From NCBI GenBank assembly GCA_964016885.1, contig OZ024740.1:402256001-402320000 (forward strand): a stretch of 64,000 nucleotides of DNA, written 5' to 3'. Both the position numbers and the translations under genes were made by a program. This DNA is from Eledone cirrhosa (Eukaryota). Below, piece by piece: positions 23,124-38,045 of this stretch (within the stretch, counting starts at the first letter, position 1; the number at the start of each line of letters is the position of its first letter). The notes under the pieces are model-generated. The model saw only the letters and a list, made by a program, of their open reading frames with translations, was not told where the DNA came from and did no database searches.

Positions 23124-26015
23124 GTATAGCACATGACTGATGAATTGCAGGTCCCATACGACGTGACGATTCGCTTTCTTGACCCTTAGTAACCTACAAC
23201 TGATCAACCAAGAAAAAATACAGCCCCTCCTTGTTTTGCTTCGCATGAAGCATATATCTATTCAACTCTACTTTGCTTTTCCTTGTTCTATTTACACATA
23301 TAATAGCGGGGAGTATTTCACGTTTATCTTGGAACTGTACTAGTGTACCTCGCAAGTTTTTCGCATTTATAAAATGGACTGTAGTAAGTTGAATATAACC
23401 GCTAATATTTTTCATACACATCAATGTTAAATAGGACAGAAAAACCTATGAAACATATTTAAGTAGAATGATAAAATTTCTCTCCAATGATTTCTTTCTG
23501 CCTTAGTCTCTCGAATATATTTTACAGAAGTAAATTTAAATATTTTCAAAGTATAAAAAAAAATTATAAAATAACCCCAAACGATATAAAATATATAAAA
23601 TCTACCAAATATCTCTGCAAACACTAGTCATATCTATGAAAAAGATATTTTTCTACAAAAACATTTATGACTATAAAAAGAAGTTAAATGGAAAACAGAA
23701 TAATATCATTATCAATAAATAACAAAAGACGGAATAGAAATATTTATAATTGAAACTCCATTCTGATGGGGAGAAATACAACTATATGGTTACATGGATA
23801 TACCCGACTGCTATAAATTTAGACGCCAACTACAAAAGCAGTTATAAAACTGTCAACACGAAACGGGGAAGCTTTTTGCTAATTAACGCAACAGTCGTCT
23901 AGGAAGCAGTAGGTTTCCTACCGCCGTTTTTTCTATTATTCCTGTACAGGCTAATCGTTTCTTCCAGTAACTATATCCACATTTATCTAGAGGCTGATAT
24001 CTCTACCTAACACAATAAGTAATGCCCCGCCATGCATAGACGTACAGGCACATTTTGTATGTGTATGTGTGAGACAGTGAGAGGAGAATTATGGTCGTTT
24101 AGACTAGGGGTTCCACTCCTATCCATCCCTCTTCTTTTTCTGACATTCTTTATATACACAGGACTAAATAGCAACATGCTATTTCAGAGAGGTGTGACCG
24201 TTATTTCTAGCATGTAAAGTATCCCACGTTTAGGACCACTCATAGCTTTATAAACTCAATTATTTGCAAATATTAAATAGAAACTCGATCGAAATAATTA
24301 TTCGGAGAGGGTGTTCAGTTGATTTTATCAACCCGAGGAAAAAATGTCTTCTCCAGGGATGGCTGCAATTAATTATTGAGGTATTTTATCCGTGGTTCAA
24401 TCGATTCTTCAAAACTACCGGGCTAACAATGCCTGTCTAGTAACATGGGTTCTCGGAGTTTTGGCCTTTATTTTTAACAGGGAAAATTCTCTTAGAACGG
24501 TTGTTGTTGTTGTATTTATTCCATCTCTAGAAAGGAATTATTTCTCAAATATTTTCATGACGTTACAGTTACGTAGGACCAATTCCTATTGCACAGCTCC
24601 GCCACTTGGGTAAATGCTTTCTATTAATTTACATCAAATCAACCATATATGAATTTTACACAGTAAAAAGGACAAGCTATATTGGAGGAATAATACATTC
24701 TGTTGATTCAAACGATATACATCACCCATACATCTTCTTTGAAGGATTACAAGGATAATTTACTCTTGCGAGATATGACGCCACACCGTGAAGATGGAGA
24801 ACTAAATAATCAAAGACAATTAACCTTGTATGCCGTTGTTTCTGAAGCACCAATATCGAAGATGATGATAATAATATTATCATTTGATTAGATCTGTCTG
24901 AGGTCAAGGCACTATACTCAAGCGGTTGTAAATTATTGAAATGTTGTAACACAATTGAGCACTAATTTATATCGACTACCAAATGCATATTCACTACTAT
25001 GCTAACATGCATCTACTGGATCATAAGTCACTTCAAGCAAATTGAATGTATAGATATCTACAATGTGTAAGCTAACTATACTGATCTTCATATCTGAAGC
25101 ATTAGAAACAACATAGCCGGTGGTTGTAATGATCATCTGAGAAATTTCCCTCCACATCCCGTTAAGTTGCCAATTCTAGATGAGTCCGGTATTTCATATA
25201 GAAAGATTAGCCAGCATTGTGCGTGACCTTTTTATGCAGTTTAAGTATTTTGTATATATATATGCTATAGGTGTGTGTTTGTTCCGCATGCAATTCACAG
25301 AGGCTGAACATCGCAACGATTTCAATATTTAAGCAATTCTGTAAGTACGAAGTTTACGAAAAATGATATGAATAGAAACCGTTACTGATATTAGTGCTAC
25401 GAATTAAAGTCATGGTGTGTATTAATACGAGTTTTGTCACTAGACATTTTTTTAGTTCAGTGTGTTGTTCGGAATTCGTGTTAACGGATGGAGATAAAGA
25501 GTAATGGGTGGATTGGTAATATCCAACATCATTGCCGTACTATCTGTATCTCGGTGTTTGAAAGTGAGCATACTAAGATTATAACTTTATGAGAGAGTAT
25601 ATTTTGAAGCCACTTCGATGGCGACAACGATGATAAAAACTAGTTAGAGCAATTGTGATATGATCAATCATAGTGAGGTGATAATGTTGAAACCACCCGT
25701 CACTCATTTACAAAATACTAAAAAATATAATAATATAAAATAAATAAACATAACAAATAAAATGAAAACTAAAAGGAAACGTTGATTCAATATCACCTTA
25801 TGGTTACACTGAGTACTAAATTAATACATAGGAACACATTAATATCTCAACTAGTTCTTTAACTATCACAACACAGATTATATTGCTAGCATCATCACCA
25901 GCAAATCTTGTAGTTTTCAATTTTACAGTTATATACTACCGGTTCTTTATTATATGTACAGAGAAAAGATCGTCCACAGTAACAAACGAATAGAACGCCT
26001 ATTGTTTGATACTGT

Positions 26016-26143
<128 letters not shown>

Positions 26144-27052
26144 TAAATATATATATATATATATATCTTGCAATTGAGAGTGATTGAATATCGCAACTAT
26201 TTCAATGTTTAAGGAAATCTACAAACACGAATTTTACGGGATAAGTATATGGATATAGATATATGCATGCATACAAACGCGTGCGTCCATAATATACATA
26301 TATATATATGTGTGTGTGTGAGTGTGTTTGTGTGTGTGTGTGCGCGCGTCAGAGACAGATGATGGAATAAGTTTGTACGTGTAGAGTTAAGATTTCACAT
26401 CAATACATCATTGAGGGCAAATATGTGCACAAGTGCATTACTGTAGGGGGAATGTTGACTATGTCTGCTTGCGTGCGAATCTGCATGTCATTTTATGAGT
26501 ATTTGAACAGGTCGTTTCACCAATACGTTGCCACTGACGTAGCCTGAAATAGTTGCAACAGATGTGCTCTCTTTCTCGAGCACAACACACACGTATACCT
26601 ACAATATACATAGACTACCTTGCTCAATGCATCATATATGTTCTTTTGTTGCTTCAGTAGTGTGATCCTTAATTTTATTTTGTTACCTACTGTGCTTTAT
26701 CCTAGTTGAAAGACTTTCGTTTGTTCACATTTTTTGTTCTGTTCCCCTCTTTATTTACATACTTTTAATGTCTTGATCAGTATTGCCCTACACGCATCAC
26801 TTTCAGTGAATACACATTTTCCTAGCCATTTACATCATGGTGTAAACTGTGATAACGTTAGTAATGTAGTACAAACATACATATATATGTATATTTCAGT
26901 TTGGCGGCTAAAAGAGATGCTGCTATTCTCTCCCGTTGAAATTGTTTGTTTCTCCTTTCTATACTAAAAAATAAATTTGCTTCTATATTTATATGTATGT
27001 ATCCAAATATTTAAATATCCCTCTCTACCTGACATACTCTCTCCCTCTGTTG

Positions 27053-27190
<138 letters not shown>

Positions 27191-27282
27191 TAGAAGGGGT
27201 ATATAATTTGTTGGAAGTCCGGCAAATATAAATGTTTATAATTGATTTAGAGCACTAAACAAGTTTTACTGGAGTAAATATT

Positions 27283-27448
27283 CAATGATATTAAATAAAT
27301 GGAAACTATATTTATAAAACCATATTTATTTTATTATATATATTTCAAGGGTACGAAGCGTACCAATATTGTCTTGGTACCCTTGAAATATATATAATAA
27401 AATAAATATGGTTTTATAACTATAGTTTCCATTTATTTAATATCATTG
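27283..27448. repeat. Palindrome with 72-bp arms from a PLE-type terminus, broken within the HHR core
   Basis: Arms 27283-27354 and 27377-27448. Same family as the repeats at 44050-44200, 51130-51460 and 52150-52250. Confidence 0.8.
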
Positions 27449-27540
27449 TATATATATATATATATATATGTGTGAAAAATATGGGGAGAGGAATACACAT
27501 AAAATGAGTCCCTCATCAGTGATTTGCCAACGATCATTGG

Positions 27541-27611
<71 letters not shown>

Positions 27612-27698
27612 TAACAGGGTTCTTATATATTTGATATATATTTATCCTTATCGAGCCCACTTTGGATTTTAGTTTTCACATTTATTATTACTACTATT

Positions 27699-27860
27699 AT
27701 CGGTAGAGGGTTGGATGCCCTGCTTTCTAGCATAATTACGTCCCTTTACGGTCTGAGTTCAAATCTCGTCGAGGTTAACTTTGCCTTTTATCCTTAGGGG
27801 GGGGGGGTCGATGAAATAAAATACCTGTAATGTCCTGGGTATTTGCCAATAGTAGAAACA

Positions 27861-27865
<5 letters not shown>
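27699..27865 (+). mobile_element. SINE, slightly truncated, with long (ATT)n tail
   Basis: B-box, body and tail. Confidence 0.7.
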
Positions 27866-27913
<48 letters not shown>

Positions 27914-28354
27914 AATATATATATATAATTTCGCTCTACATGGCTGAATACAATAAATGTAATCTGAGGTTTTCGAATATTAATAATAATAATCGATTCG
28001 TTTGCAATTATGCAAACAAGCCTCTTTTTTAAAGCCATGTCAGTAGAATGAGCCCCTCATTGTTGCTCTTGTGTTGGCATGTAAACAGAACTGCAGACAC
28101 TAATGTTTCTGGGTATTACCTTTCATCAGTACAGTTCACCGTTCACCTGCCAACTGTCAGAGCTAGTGAAAAAATATATTTTCTGAAATATACAGTGACT
28201 GATCGGCCTGATTTGCATATTAGCAGACTAGCTGATCAGTCAGATCTGCATATTAGCAGATTGACTGACAAGACAGATTTGAATAACAGCAGACTGGCCA
28301 GTCAGTTTCCTTTATACGAGTGATTATTGGCTGGCATTGCCATATTCAAATAAA

Positions 28355-28452
28355 TAATTGTTTCTACTTTAGGCACAAGGCCAGCAATTACCCAGTGCAT
28401 TACTGGTACTTTATTTTATCGACCCCATAAGGATTAAAGGCAAAGTTAACCT
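28355..28452 (-). mobile_element. SINE 3' fragment
   Basis: Tail and body only. Confidence 0.7.
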
Positions 28453-28569
28453 TAGAGTTTACTGAGGAAGTAAGTGTTTCTAAAATTATGTTATCTTGGT
28501 ATTCCTGTCTGAAATGCTGGCATTCTTAAATTGACATGCAGTGTGGGGGTTTTAAGAGGTCTTCCTTAA

Positions 28570-28790
28570 CTTTCCAGCATTTACACCACACCACATATAC
28601 TACCATATTTTCACAGTAAAGGTTCCATCCTACATAATTATCTCACACAATATTGAATCCATGAGACCCTGATATTATACACCCCGAGAACACCACCCCA
28701 ACATCAGCATGAGTAGCCGACCACAGCCAGCCCGAACTGAAAGAGGCGAGAGAACTCCGGTCGGACACAGCCGGTTAAAATGCTAAAGGG
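28570..28790. mobile_element. piggyBac-type (TTAA) MITE
   Basis: TTAA-CTTTCCAGCATTT ... AAATGCTAAAGGG-TTAA. The left TIR is degenerate. Confidence 0.55.
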
Positions 28791-29176
28791 TTAATTTGTC
28801 CAGGGTGCTAATTTTAAAGTGTGCCAGCTGTAGTTTCGTCCGAAGTAGTTGCGTTTAGAAGGGGTTCGTATTTGGCGATAAAGTGTGATTCTTTGCTAAT
28901 ACGCTGGATGCAGGAAGCGTTGTCTTTAAAGTTGTAGAGGGAAACACCATTTTATTATTATTCGTATAAATATGCAATTTAACTGGACTATACGCTTCCG
29001 TCGTTGAAAACGCATATAAAGCTGAAACCGGTACACGATTAATTGCAGAAATCCGTAATTTATGTATAAATGTTTTGATGTTATACTGCAAAAATCCCTC
29101 TAGCATTTTGTACTGTATTTTTTTCCTTTTTTCTATTTGTTTATATAAATCAACTCGTGTGTCACTTCCCTACATT

Positions 29177-29246
<70 letters not shown>

Positions 29247-29286
29247 GTACATGTATAATATATATCTATACATACATATATATCAC

Positions 29287-29354
<68 letters not shown>

Positions 29355-30740
29355 GTATAATATATATTTATTACATATATATATCTATATATACATATAT
29401 ATTACATATATATATATGTATATGTGTGTTTATATATGTATATATGTGTGTACAAATTTATATATAAATGTGAAGAAAAAGTGTCTTGCTACAACAGAAA
29501 TGGAAGAAAGAAATGATTTAGAGAATTCGCTATATTTTGCTGAATAAAGAATTATTTAGTATATAATACACAGGCAGATATATAGATATATAGTAAAATA
29601 GGAAACACTGGAGGCTGGTAAGGTATTGAAACATATTTCAATATATAATATTGTATATTCAACGAATGGTTTGCACTGTTACTTGCATAGTCGGGATAGA
29701 ATTATTACTGAGCAGGTGGAAGGGAAGAATAGGATAATAAAACTTAGTAGAATATAAAACAGGAAGGAAACATAAACACAGTACGTTAAGAACTTTACAG
29801 ATATTGATTCATGATGTCGTGCTGAGTTTAAATCGTCTGATACAATTTCCAAAAATGTACAAATACAGAAATTAAGAAAACGTTCTCCTATGGTAATGGA
29901 AGTTTTGCAAAAGCAGCTGATATACTAAAACCAGTCATAGTCTAAGACATAGTCATACACTTGGAATGAATAGTTTTTCATTACAATGCAGAAGCAATTC
30001 TTAAGAAATCGTTAAACTAGCACTCAATCATATAATACACAGAATTCAGATTTGGTTTACACCCGTCCCGTTTTCTAGAATCACCAATTCGGTGGTGCTA
30101 CATAGGGCATTAGATGCAAAACAACACGATAATTTAAAAAAAACAGTTATACAGAATGTTTGTTTAAATCTGCAGGCAGCAGACCTTGGCGGCTAGCCCC
30201 TAAAGACATTGCTCACAGTGATAGAGCATATGCTACGGCTTGTCTTCCTCGGTGTGGAAGGAAACTTCAGGAATAAGATTCCGAAAAGCCGTAAAAACTT
30301 TTGCATATTTAACGGCTCCGATCTTTCTACTGCCTCTGAATAAGTCTTTCACAGACAGAAAGAAACTCGGAAATACTGGATGAATTAACAATCAATCTTA
30401 TTTCAATTTATCGTTCATTTTAATATTATTTATTTCTTCTATCGTTTGAAAGTTTTTATGAATATTGGCAAATATTGAATGCATATTATCTGAAGTTTAT
30501 TAATTGAAAGAAGCCGGGAATGTTATACCTCAGATGCGGTTTTATGTAATGGTTAAACACAGTCGATCAGTATACGCCAGGCATTTCTGTTCATTTGTTA
30601 TATATACATATTGCACTAAGGACTTGGTAAAAATTATCCAAAGATCAGACCACTCAGTCCGTGAGAATAGTTAAATTATTACGACTACATACACGTATTA
30701 GATAACGGCAACACTTGCATTTCTATGAAAGAATAACTTC

Positions 30741-30880
<140 letters not shown>

Positions 30881-32703
30881 GATAGATAGATTTGGGTGTG
30901 TCTATATGAATGCGTTCCACTAGGCAGGTGGTCCATCTGCTATCAACCTCACCTCCTTCCTTCGTAGAAATGAGTGGCAGCAGATAGACAGCCTGCCAAA
31001 TGGAACGCGTAATAAAGGCAATATATAGTTAGCTATACCTATCGAACCTTTCACGGATAGTTTTCTGCTACCATTTATTTGTGTGAGGCTGGTGTCGTTG
31101 CTCTCACTTCGTCGCAGTTATTATCCAATCTGATTAACAAACTCTTTAAGAGAGTATTGAACAAGCGATTCCTTACGCTCTAAGGATGTCAAATCCAGAT
31201 GCTGATATACAAGCACCACGAATTAAACTGGTTTGCCACCAAGAAGTTTCTTCAGCATGGCACCGTCCACGCTGATTTACGGAGTCCCCGACACCCTTAC
31301 TAAAACATAATTTACGAATGCTGAAACTGTTCCTCCAGTTTAAGTTCGCAGAAACTGCTCAAGAGACAACGCGTAGAAAAAAACAATGTGTTTGTGATTC
31401 AGAACAGTTTTAAAAGATGGTCAGATGTACATTGAATCGAGCCATCTTCGAGAAACTTGACAGAACCCGGATGCTATAAAAAACCCGTCGTCTCCATACG
31501 TTTTATTGAATGGCTTTTTATTCCCACTAGTGTCAAAGAGGTGAGCCCTTGCTTTAGGCAATGTAGCTTTCAATCATGTGTAATATACTGACTCTATACT
31601 CTCTAAACTACTATTTTCTACCGAAATGTTTGTTATACATTGACAATCTATAATGTAATAAAGGGAGGAGTGCGTGGCAGCGTCCGTTTTATATTTCTTT
31701 ATCCCGTTAGTAAAACAAGTTGGATTAATTTGAATAAATAATGCATGAATACTATGTAATTTATTGTCTAAATTTCGAAGCTCTTGATTAAATATAAATA
31801 TTCTTATATATAAAGTATTGCTTATTTTAAGATTCACTTCTTTAAAATTTTCAAATGTCAACACTTCCGGTCAGCTTCCGTTATATCGCTTATATGAACG
31901 TTCATATATTTGCATCGTTACATAAGGTTTATATTCCCGTTGCTAGTTTTCTCCCTTTTCGTTTTCATAACATTTTAGTTTATTATATATGCAGCTTATA
32001 TATAATATCGTCTTTTTTTAATGCAACATGGATTACTTTACTAATTAGAGAAGAGAGTGTAACACAGACTTCGTTCCATTTCTGTGCATATTACCAATTA
32101 CGATTTCATTTGACTTATCATATCTTCATGCACACTACACATGCTACCAGAAAACCACCCCAAGAGTAGTTTTACTGCTAGTTATAATACAAAATATTCA
32201 AAGTAAAGAACCAATGATCGTTCAGGATTAAATGAGTCAATTCCCACTTAAAGAATGCGCTAATCTGATCAACGCGAGTCCTTCGCCACGAGAATGCCGA
32301 AGTACGAAAACCAGACCTTTGTTTATGCATTTTATCTCTATCAACTGTGGAGTTCAAAGATTTATGGTTTATGTAGCTGAAACGTTTGGCCTGTTTCACA
32401 ATCTTAATATACAAACTTTACTTCGTCCATGCCTGTAATGAGTAGCATGGAAATGAAGGTACTTCACAAAAATTATTTCATTAAAATACATTGCATACAC
32501 TTGACAACATATTAGTACTCATACAACCTTATTTAAACTCGTACTGAATATAACTATTACCACAAAACTTACATACCCCTTCGAATTAGAAACAATTATT
32601 ATATACATTGGTACTTTGACTCCAACATGCTGACATCTATGTATGAAACCCCAAAATAATATACCAATATAAATGTCTGTGCATACATATACTTATGTAT
32701 GTA

Positions 32704-32817
<114 letters not shown>

Positions 32818-33634
32818 CACACCTGAACCATTGTTATGTAATGTCCACTTTCGTAAAAGACAATGATTGATTAACAAGATTGGGAAATGAATAGCGCTTT
32901 TCATTGTCAAGTTTTGTCAACATTAGATGTCACTTAAATCATTATGAATTATTGTCTATTGTGTAGCTTTCAAGCTGTTAGTATATTATAGACAGTTTTA
33001 TTGAATATGATTTAGAGAAACAGGTCCTGATGTTGTACTTGCTATTATTTCAGTTAATATATTTCTTATACTTTTCATCCTTGATTGTTTCTATGATATA
33101 TAGGCAAATCCTATAAATTTCTAGTATTTGAATGGATGTTGAATTTAAACTTCTTCAAATATTTATCAACTCTATTGTTGAAACGATTAGCTATATTGGC
33201 CAATTTTATGAGGTTCTCTCTCTATTTCGCGCATTGCACCAATATGCTTTACATATCTGAATCATTATTATTTATTGGTAGAAATACATGTTTTCCTTAT
33301 TCATATTTAATGTTTTTTTTCTTAATACATTGCTGTTACATGTATGTAGAGAAATAGTGTATAATTACTTTGGCATCTTCTTTAAATTCAACAAATTATC
33401 GCTAAAAATATCTACGCATCAGCTCTTTAAGAAAGACGAAGCAGTCTGCTGTCAACCTCCGGCCATTTTGGCAAATGAACCATAACACTGTGTGCAGTTG
33501 TATCGCTTATTCTCTCTAATTATTCGACCAAATTTTTAATCCTCTCCCTCTCTCTCTTCCCCCTCTCTCTTTTTACTCTCACAATTTTTTACACATTTAA
33601 TCTCTCTAAGCGCTCATTTACAACTTTTTCTTTA

Positions 33635-33996
33635 TCCACTTATGCGTGAGAGGGTCGTGGGAGCAGAGTCCTCAAACACCCCTTCCAGCGGGTCATGTCA
33701 AAATCAACCTTCTCCAAATGATCCGGCTGGATTCCCAAGCAAAACGAGCCGAGCCCATGGATGTCATCAAACCACCTTGCTCAGGGTCTACTCCTCGGTA
33801 TCCTGCCGGTTGATGTTGCCCGTAAAATCTCTCCAGCGATTCGTTCCTGAGACATTCTAACAACATGCCAAACGTATCGGAGCTGTTATACCTCAATTCG
33901 AAAAAGTAGCGGCTCTACCTGGAGTGACTCTCTGATCTCCGAGCTACAGTCTCTATCGAGTAATATTCCTCCAAAGACTCTTCGGTGGAATCCCAT
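33635..33996 (-). mobile_element. RTE-clade (Expander/Rex3-like) LINE 3' fragment
   Basis: Diverged reverse complement of 39354-39705. Confidence 0.7.
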
Positions 33997-35192
33997 TTCA
34001 GCCACTTGTATTCGTTATCGTATCCATTCGGTCATTTCCCAAGATTTTTGACCATAGGTAAGTGTTGGCACAAATATCGAATTGGCGATGCCACATACAA
34101 ATACACATTGATATATATTTCAATGAAGAATTGATACACATTTCTGTTTTGCGTAATATTTCCCAAAGTCTCAGAACCATTTCTCCTCTCCCCAACATAG
34201 CCACTATATTTGATTGTAAATATGGAATTTCATACATTTGTGCAAACTTTGGTACAACGTATCCAAATTAGTTATCAACGAAATAATGAGACGCTATTTT
34301 AGAGAAGACTAGACCCTTCGTTTCTGTTTTATTGACATACACCAAACGCCATTTCTCTGCTTTTATTAAATAAATAATAGCTGCTGGTTGATGTTTTAAA
34401 TTTTACCACGTGCTATCGGATATTATTCATCTTACAAAAATAACAGTAAATGTTCCCGAGAAATCCTCAGGGTAAAAATCATCGTTCAATTCTCCTTTAC
34501 GTATATATATAATTATAGATTGATACCCAATGCGTATCGGGAGGTGACCTTAGTACAAAAAGGTACTCAATACGTTGGTAGAGTATAGACATATGTATTT
34601 TATATAGAAATATCTTCTACGAAACTACAACTGTTTCATTCGTATGAAGTCATCAGAAACGTCCTGGTGGCTTCATATGAATGAAATATTCATTTATATA
34701 TTAAATAAACTTATATATATATATAAGAGTGTATGAAAATTTGGTAATAAATATCCAAAGCTGCTAGAAACTCAATTCCAGGGACACGTTGTGGTAATAC
34801 AATAATTTGTTACACTTTCGTTGGTGTGAAATCATCACTCCAGCCATTTTAGAATGGTCATATTTATATATATATACAGATACATACACACACGCACGCA
34901 CTCACGCGCACACAGACACACACACACATATACACACACACGCACACACACACATATATAGATATATATATACATATATACATGTGTTTGTGTGTGTTAA
35001 ATGACAGGTATTTGCAATCAATGATTGTTTATTAGGATTGGTGCTCTGAAATATCGATGTATACATGAATGTATGTATAGTATATATGGCGATATGCTGT
35101 ATGTTTAATTAGAAATATGTTGAAGACCTTGCGCTACTATTTTAAAGAAGTGACTATGTCACTTACTTATTTTTTCAACAAAGGAATTGAGA

Positions 35193-35238
35193 TAAGCTGC
35201 CAGATCTGTTTCACACTGTTGGTGTTCATCAGAGCTTA
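35193..35238 (-). ncRNA. Type I hammerhead, cleavage triplet mutated to GGC
   Basis: TAAGCT CTGATGA ACAC-CAACA-GTGT GAAAC AGATCT GGC AGCTTA. Confidence 0.7.
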
Positions 35239-35511
35239 GCACTCGCCGACCTTCGTTGAACATTTTAGAGGCTGGTTTCTTATAGAATTCCAGTAATAAT
35301 CAGGAACTGACTATACAGAACGATTGCCGGTCCAGAAAAAAATGGAAAATTAGGATTGGTGCTCTGAAATAGCGATGTATACATGAATGTATGTATAGTA
35401 TATCTGGCGATATACTGTATGTTTAATTTAAAACATTTTGAAGACCTTGTGCTATTATTTTAAAGTAGTGACCATGTCACTTACTTCTTTTTTTAAACAA
35501 GGGAAGGGAGA

Positions 35512-35557
35512 TAAGCTGACAGATCTGTTTCACACTGTTGGTGTTCATCAGAGCTTA
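35512..35557 (-). ncRNA. Canonical type I hammerhead ribozyme
   Basis: TAAGCT CTGATGA ACAC-CAACA-GTGT GAAAC AGATCT GTC AGCTTA. 6-bp stem I, 4-bp stem II, palindromic stem III ACAGA/TCTGT, GUC triplet. Confidence 0.88.
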
Positions 35558-37374
35558 GCACTCGCTGACCTTTGTTGAACATTTTTAATTTTTGGAAATT
35601 TGAAATTATGTAATCTAACTGGCCTGGAATTTACCTTGTATGCATAAAGTATGTGGTTCGGTTCAACGGGCTGGGTTCGTATGAGGTTAGTATTCGATCA
35701 AAGGTATTTGATCTTAAATTTATGACACTTCGTGATGTTTTACACAACTAATCTAGATCTTAAACATTATGTACCTTTTACCTTTGTTCATTTTATTTAT
35801 AGTTGTCTTATAATCAGGATATATACGTATGTATACGTTAAATAACATGATCATTCCGTAAGCTTAATTAATGAAATCTCTGTTTAACTACACTTTTCAC
35901 TATACATCATTTCACGGATTAACTAGTACATATTTGAGATTTACGTAATAGATCTTGTATGGAATAATAACTGAGAAATTTGAATATTTTGAATATTCTT
36001 CAATAGATAAATTAGGTACCACATTACATAAACCGAAATTATCGGCTAAGCGCATATTAATATCTCGGATTTTGTGTTCTACTTCTCTCTAAAATTTCAT
36101 GTTTTCACTCTCTTTTTTACAACCTCCATGTTTTCAGGCATATAAGTTGAAAGAACTATATACCTTAAAGTTTTCAGACAGTAATTTTTATGATTCTTCG
36201 CAAACATTTGCGGAAGAGAGACTATGTAAGTTAAGCGTAACGTGGTGTCATCCAAAAGCAGTTTGTTCTTTTGCCGTGTAATATTCCAACATTTCAAAGC
36301 ATTGTTCCAAGTGACATCACTGATTAGACGTAGCAAAAGAGATAATCGTTAACTGAAATTCTGAAAAACACTTCCACCAAGCAGAATTTCCCGCCTACGT
36401 TCTCTTCATCATCCGCTTTACACTTTATAAAGAACTAAAACAGACGTCTGCTATATATGTATCGCTTTTTTTACGGTAGGTTGTTTGTAATCTTCTAAAC
36501 TGTAGACAAAAATGATGTCATACATGTGTTAATCATAACTAGCGAATCTACAGCTGCATTGAAAAACATGGGATAACAACAAGAAGTAAAAGGGCCGAAT
36601 TGCTTTTTAATCATTATTTTGACACAAAGAAAACATGTTATTGTGCGAACTTATATTGTTCTTACAAAGATTGCATAAAAATCTAATGACGGTTGAAGAA
36701 ATAAAGAACAAAATAAAGATATAGAAATTAGTAAAAGTGTGAAAGTAAAAGAAAGAATGAAACGACAAAAACATGAACGCATTACATAAAACAGCGATAG
36801 AACAAGTTTCCATACATTTATGTGAATTGCAGATTTCAACGACCGGATGTTGCTGCTAACTAACTTACAACTCGGTTTCATTAACGGCTTTTGACTTTGA
36901 TGACTTTTCAGTTATTTAAACATTGTGAGATGTTTACAAGGAATTCATGTATATTGAAGCTGATGGACGAATTATTGTTGCATTTCTTCTTTTAGATGAC
37001 GAGCGCGAAGAAAAGGCAAACAAAAAAACAAACAAATGGAGGGGATGAAAGAAAGAAACGAAGCGAAGCAGAGCATAAAGAGATGGAGAGACAATATAGT
37101 GGAGGAGGGGAAAGAATGAAGAATGAAGAATGAGTGAGAATGATATATTCTTACAATACGATAAACTATTTACTATTATTCAAAATAAAATATAATTTAC
37201 ATAAAATAATTGAGAGTTTACAAACTATTTTAAATGTACTTTTTCCTTTTTTTCTTTTTCACTTGGAACCATTATAGAATGGTGACCAGAAGCACCTAAG
37301 TTTACCACATGGATGTAATTCAATAAAGAAAAACTCAATGTTTCAGCCTCATTATTCTGTAGAAAATTGAAGGA

Positions 37375-37595
37375 TGGTGGATTGGCAGCAGTATCGGTAG
37401 AGAGTCGGACACCATCCTTTGCTGCATAGAGTTACGGTCCTTTACGGTTTGAGTTCAAATCCCACCGAGGTTAACTTTGCTTTCATCCTTACGGGACCAA
37501 TAAAATAAAGTACCAGTAACGTACTGAGGTCGATTTAATCGACTTTCGCCTCCCACCAAATTACTGGCCTTGTGCTTATACTAGAAATTATTATT
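37375..37595 (+). mobile_element. tRNA-derived SINE, long-tail form
   Basis: Full-length copy. Confidence 0.8.
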
Positions 37596-37796
37596 CTGAA
37601 GAATATTTACTTAATTTTATATCCATGAATTATGATCGAGATTCATAATAAATACTTAGTAATTATATATTTTCTATTATCGTACGTAGAAATGATTTCT
37701 ACTAGCAATAGTAGAAATCCTCCTCATCATCATCATTACCATAGTTTCACAATATATTATTATAGTGATTTTTCTTGATATTATTAATATTCTTTT

Positions 37797-38045
37797 TCAC
37801 AGTGTTGTTGTTAATGATAATGTTATGATTGTTGTCAATGTTGTAGTAGTTGGTACTATAGTACTCTCTTCTGTTGTAGTAGTTGGTACTATAGTACTTT
37901 CTTCTGTTGTAGTAGTTGGTACTATAGTACTCTCTTCTGTTGTAGTAGTTGGTACTATAGTACTTTCTTCTGTTGTAGTAGTTGGTACTATAGTACTTTC
38001 TTCTGTTGTAGTAGTTGGTACTATAGTACTCTCTTCTGTTGTAAC
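37797..38045 (-). CDS. Candidate terminal exon encoding a mucin-like Thr/Ser-rich repeat (TTEESTIVPTT x6)
   Basis: Six 33-bp units at 37839-38036 whose only variation is synonymous GAG/GAA. Acceptor-like ttttcacactcactcgaacAG|GTT at 38046. Stop TGA at 37797-37799. Confidence 0.5.
   Translation of the reverse strand, partial: VTTEESTIVPTTTTEESTIVPTTTTEESTIVPTTTTEESTIVPTTTTEESTIVPTTTTEESTIVPTTTTLTTIITLSLTTTL

Larger units (their letters stand above)
35031..35585 (-). repeat. Direct tandem repeat, period ~319 bp, 1.7 units, one HHR per unit
   Basis: 35031-35266 aligns with 35349-35585 at high identity. Confidence 0.9.

Noticed and set aside
34633-34686. CTGATGA CTTCATACGAAT GAAAC AGTT GTA on the minus strand with a decayed inverted copy
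   Set aside because: Stem I cannot form locally, so it is counted only as a probable remnant.
37839-38036. 33-bp repeats as a CRISPR array
   Set aside because: There are no spacers or cas genes, and the context is eukaryotic.
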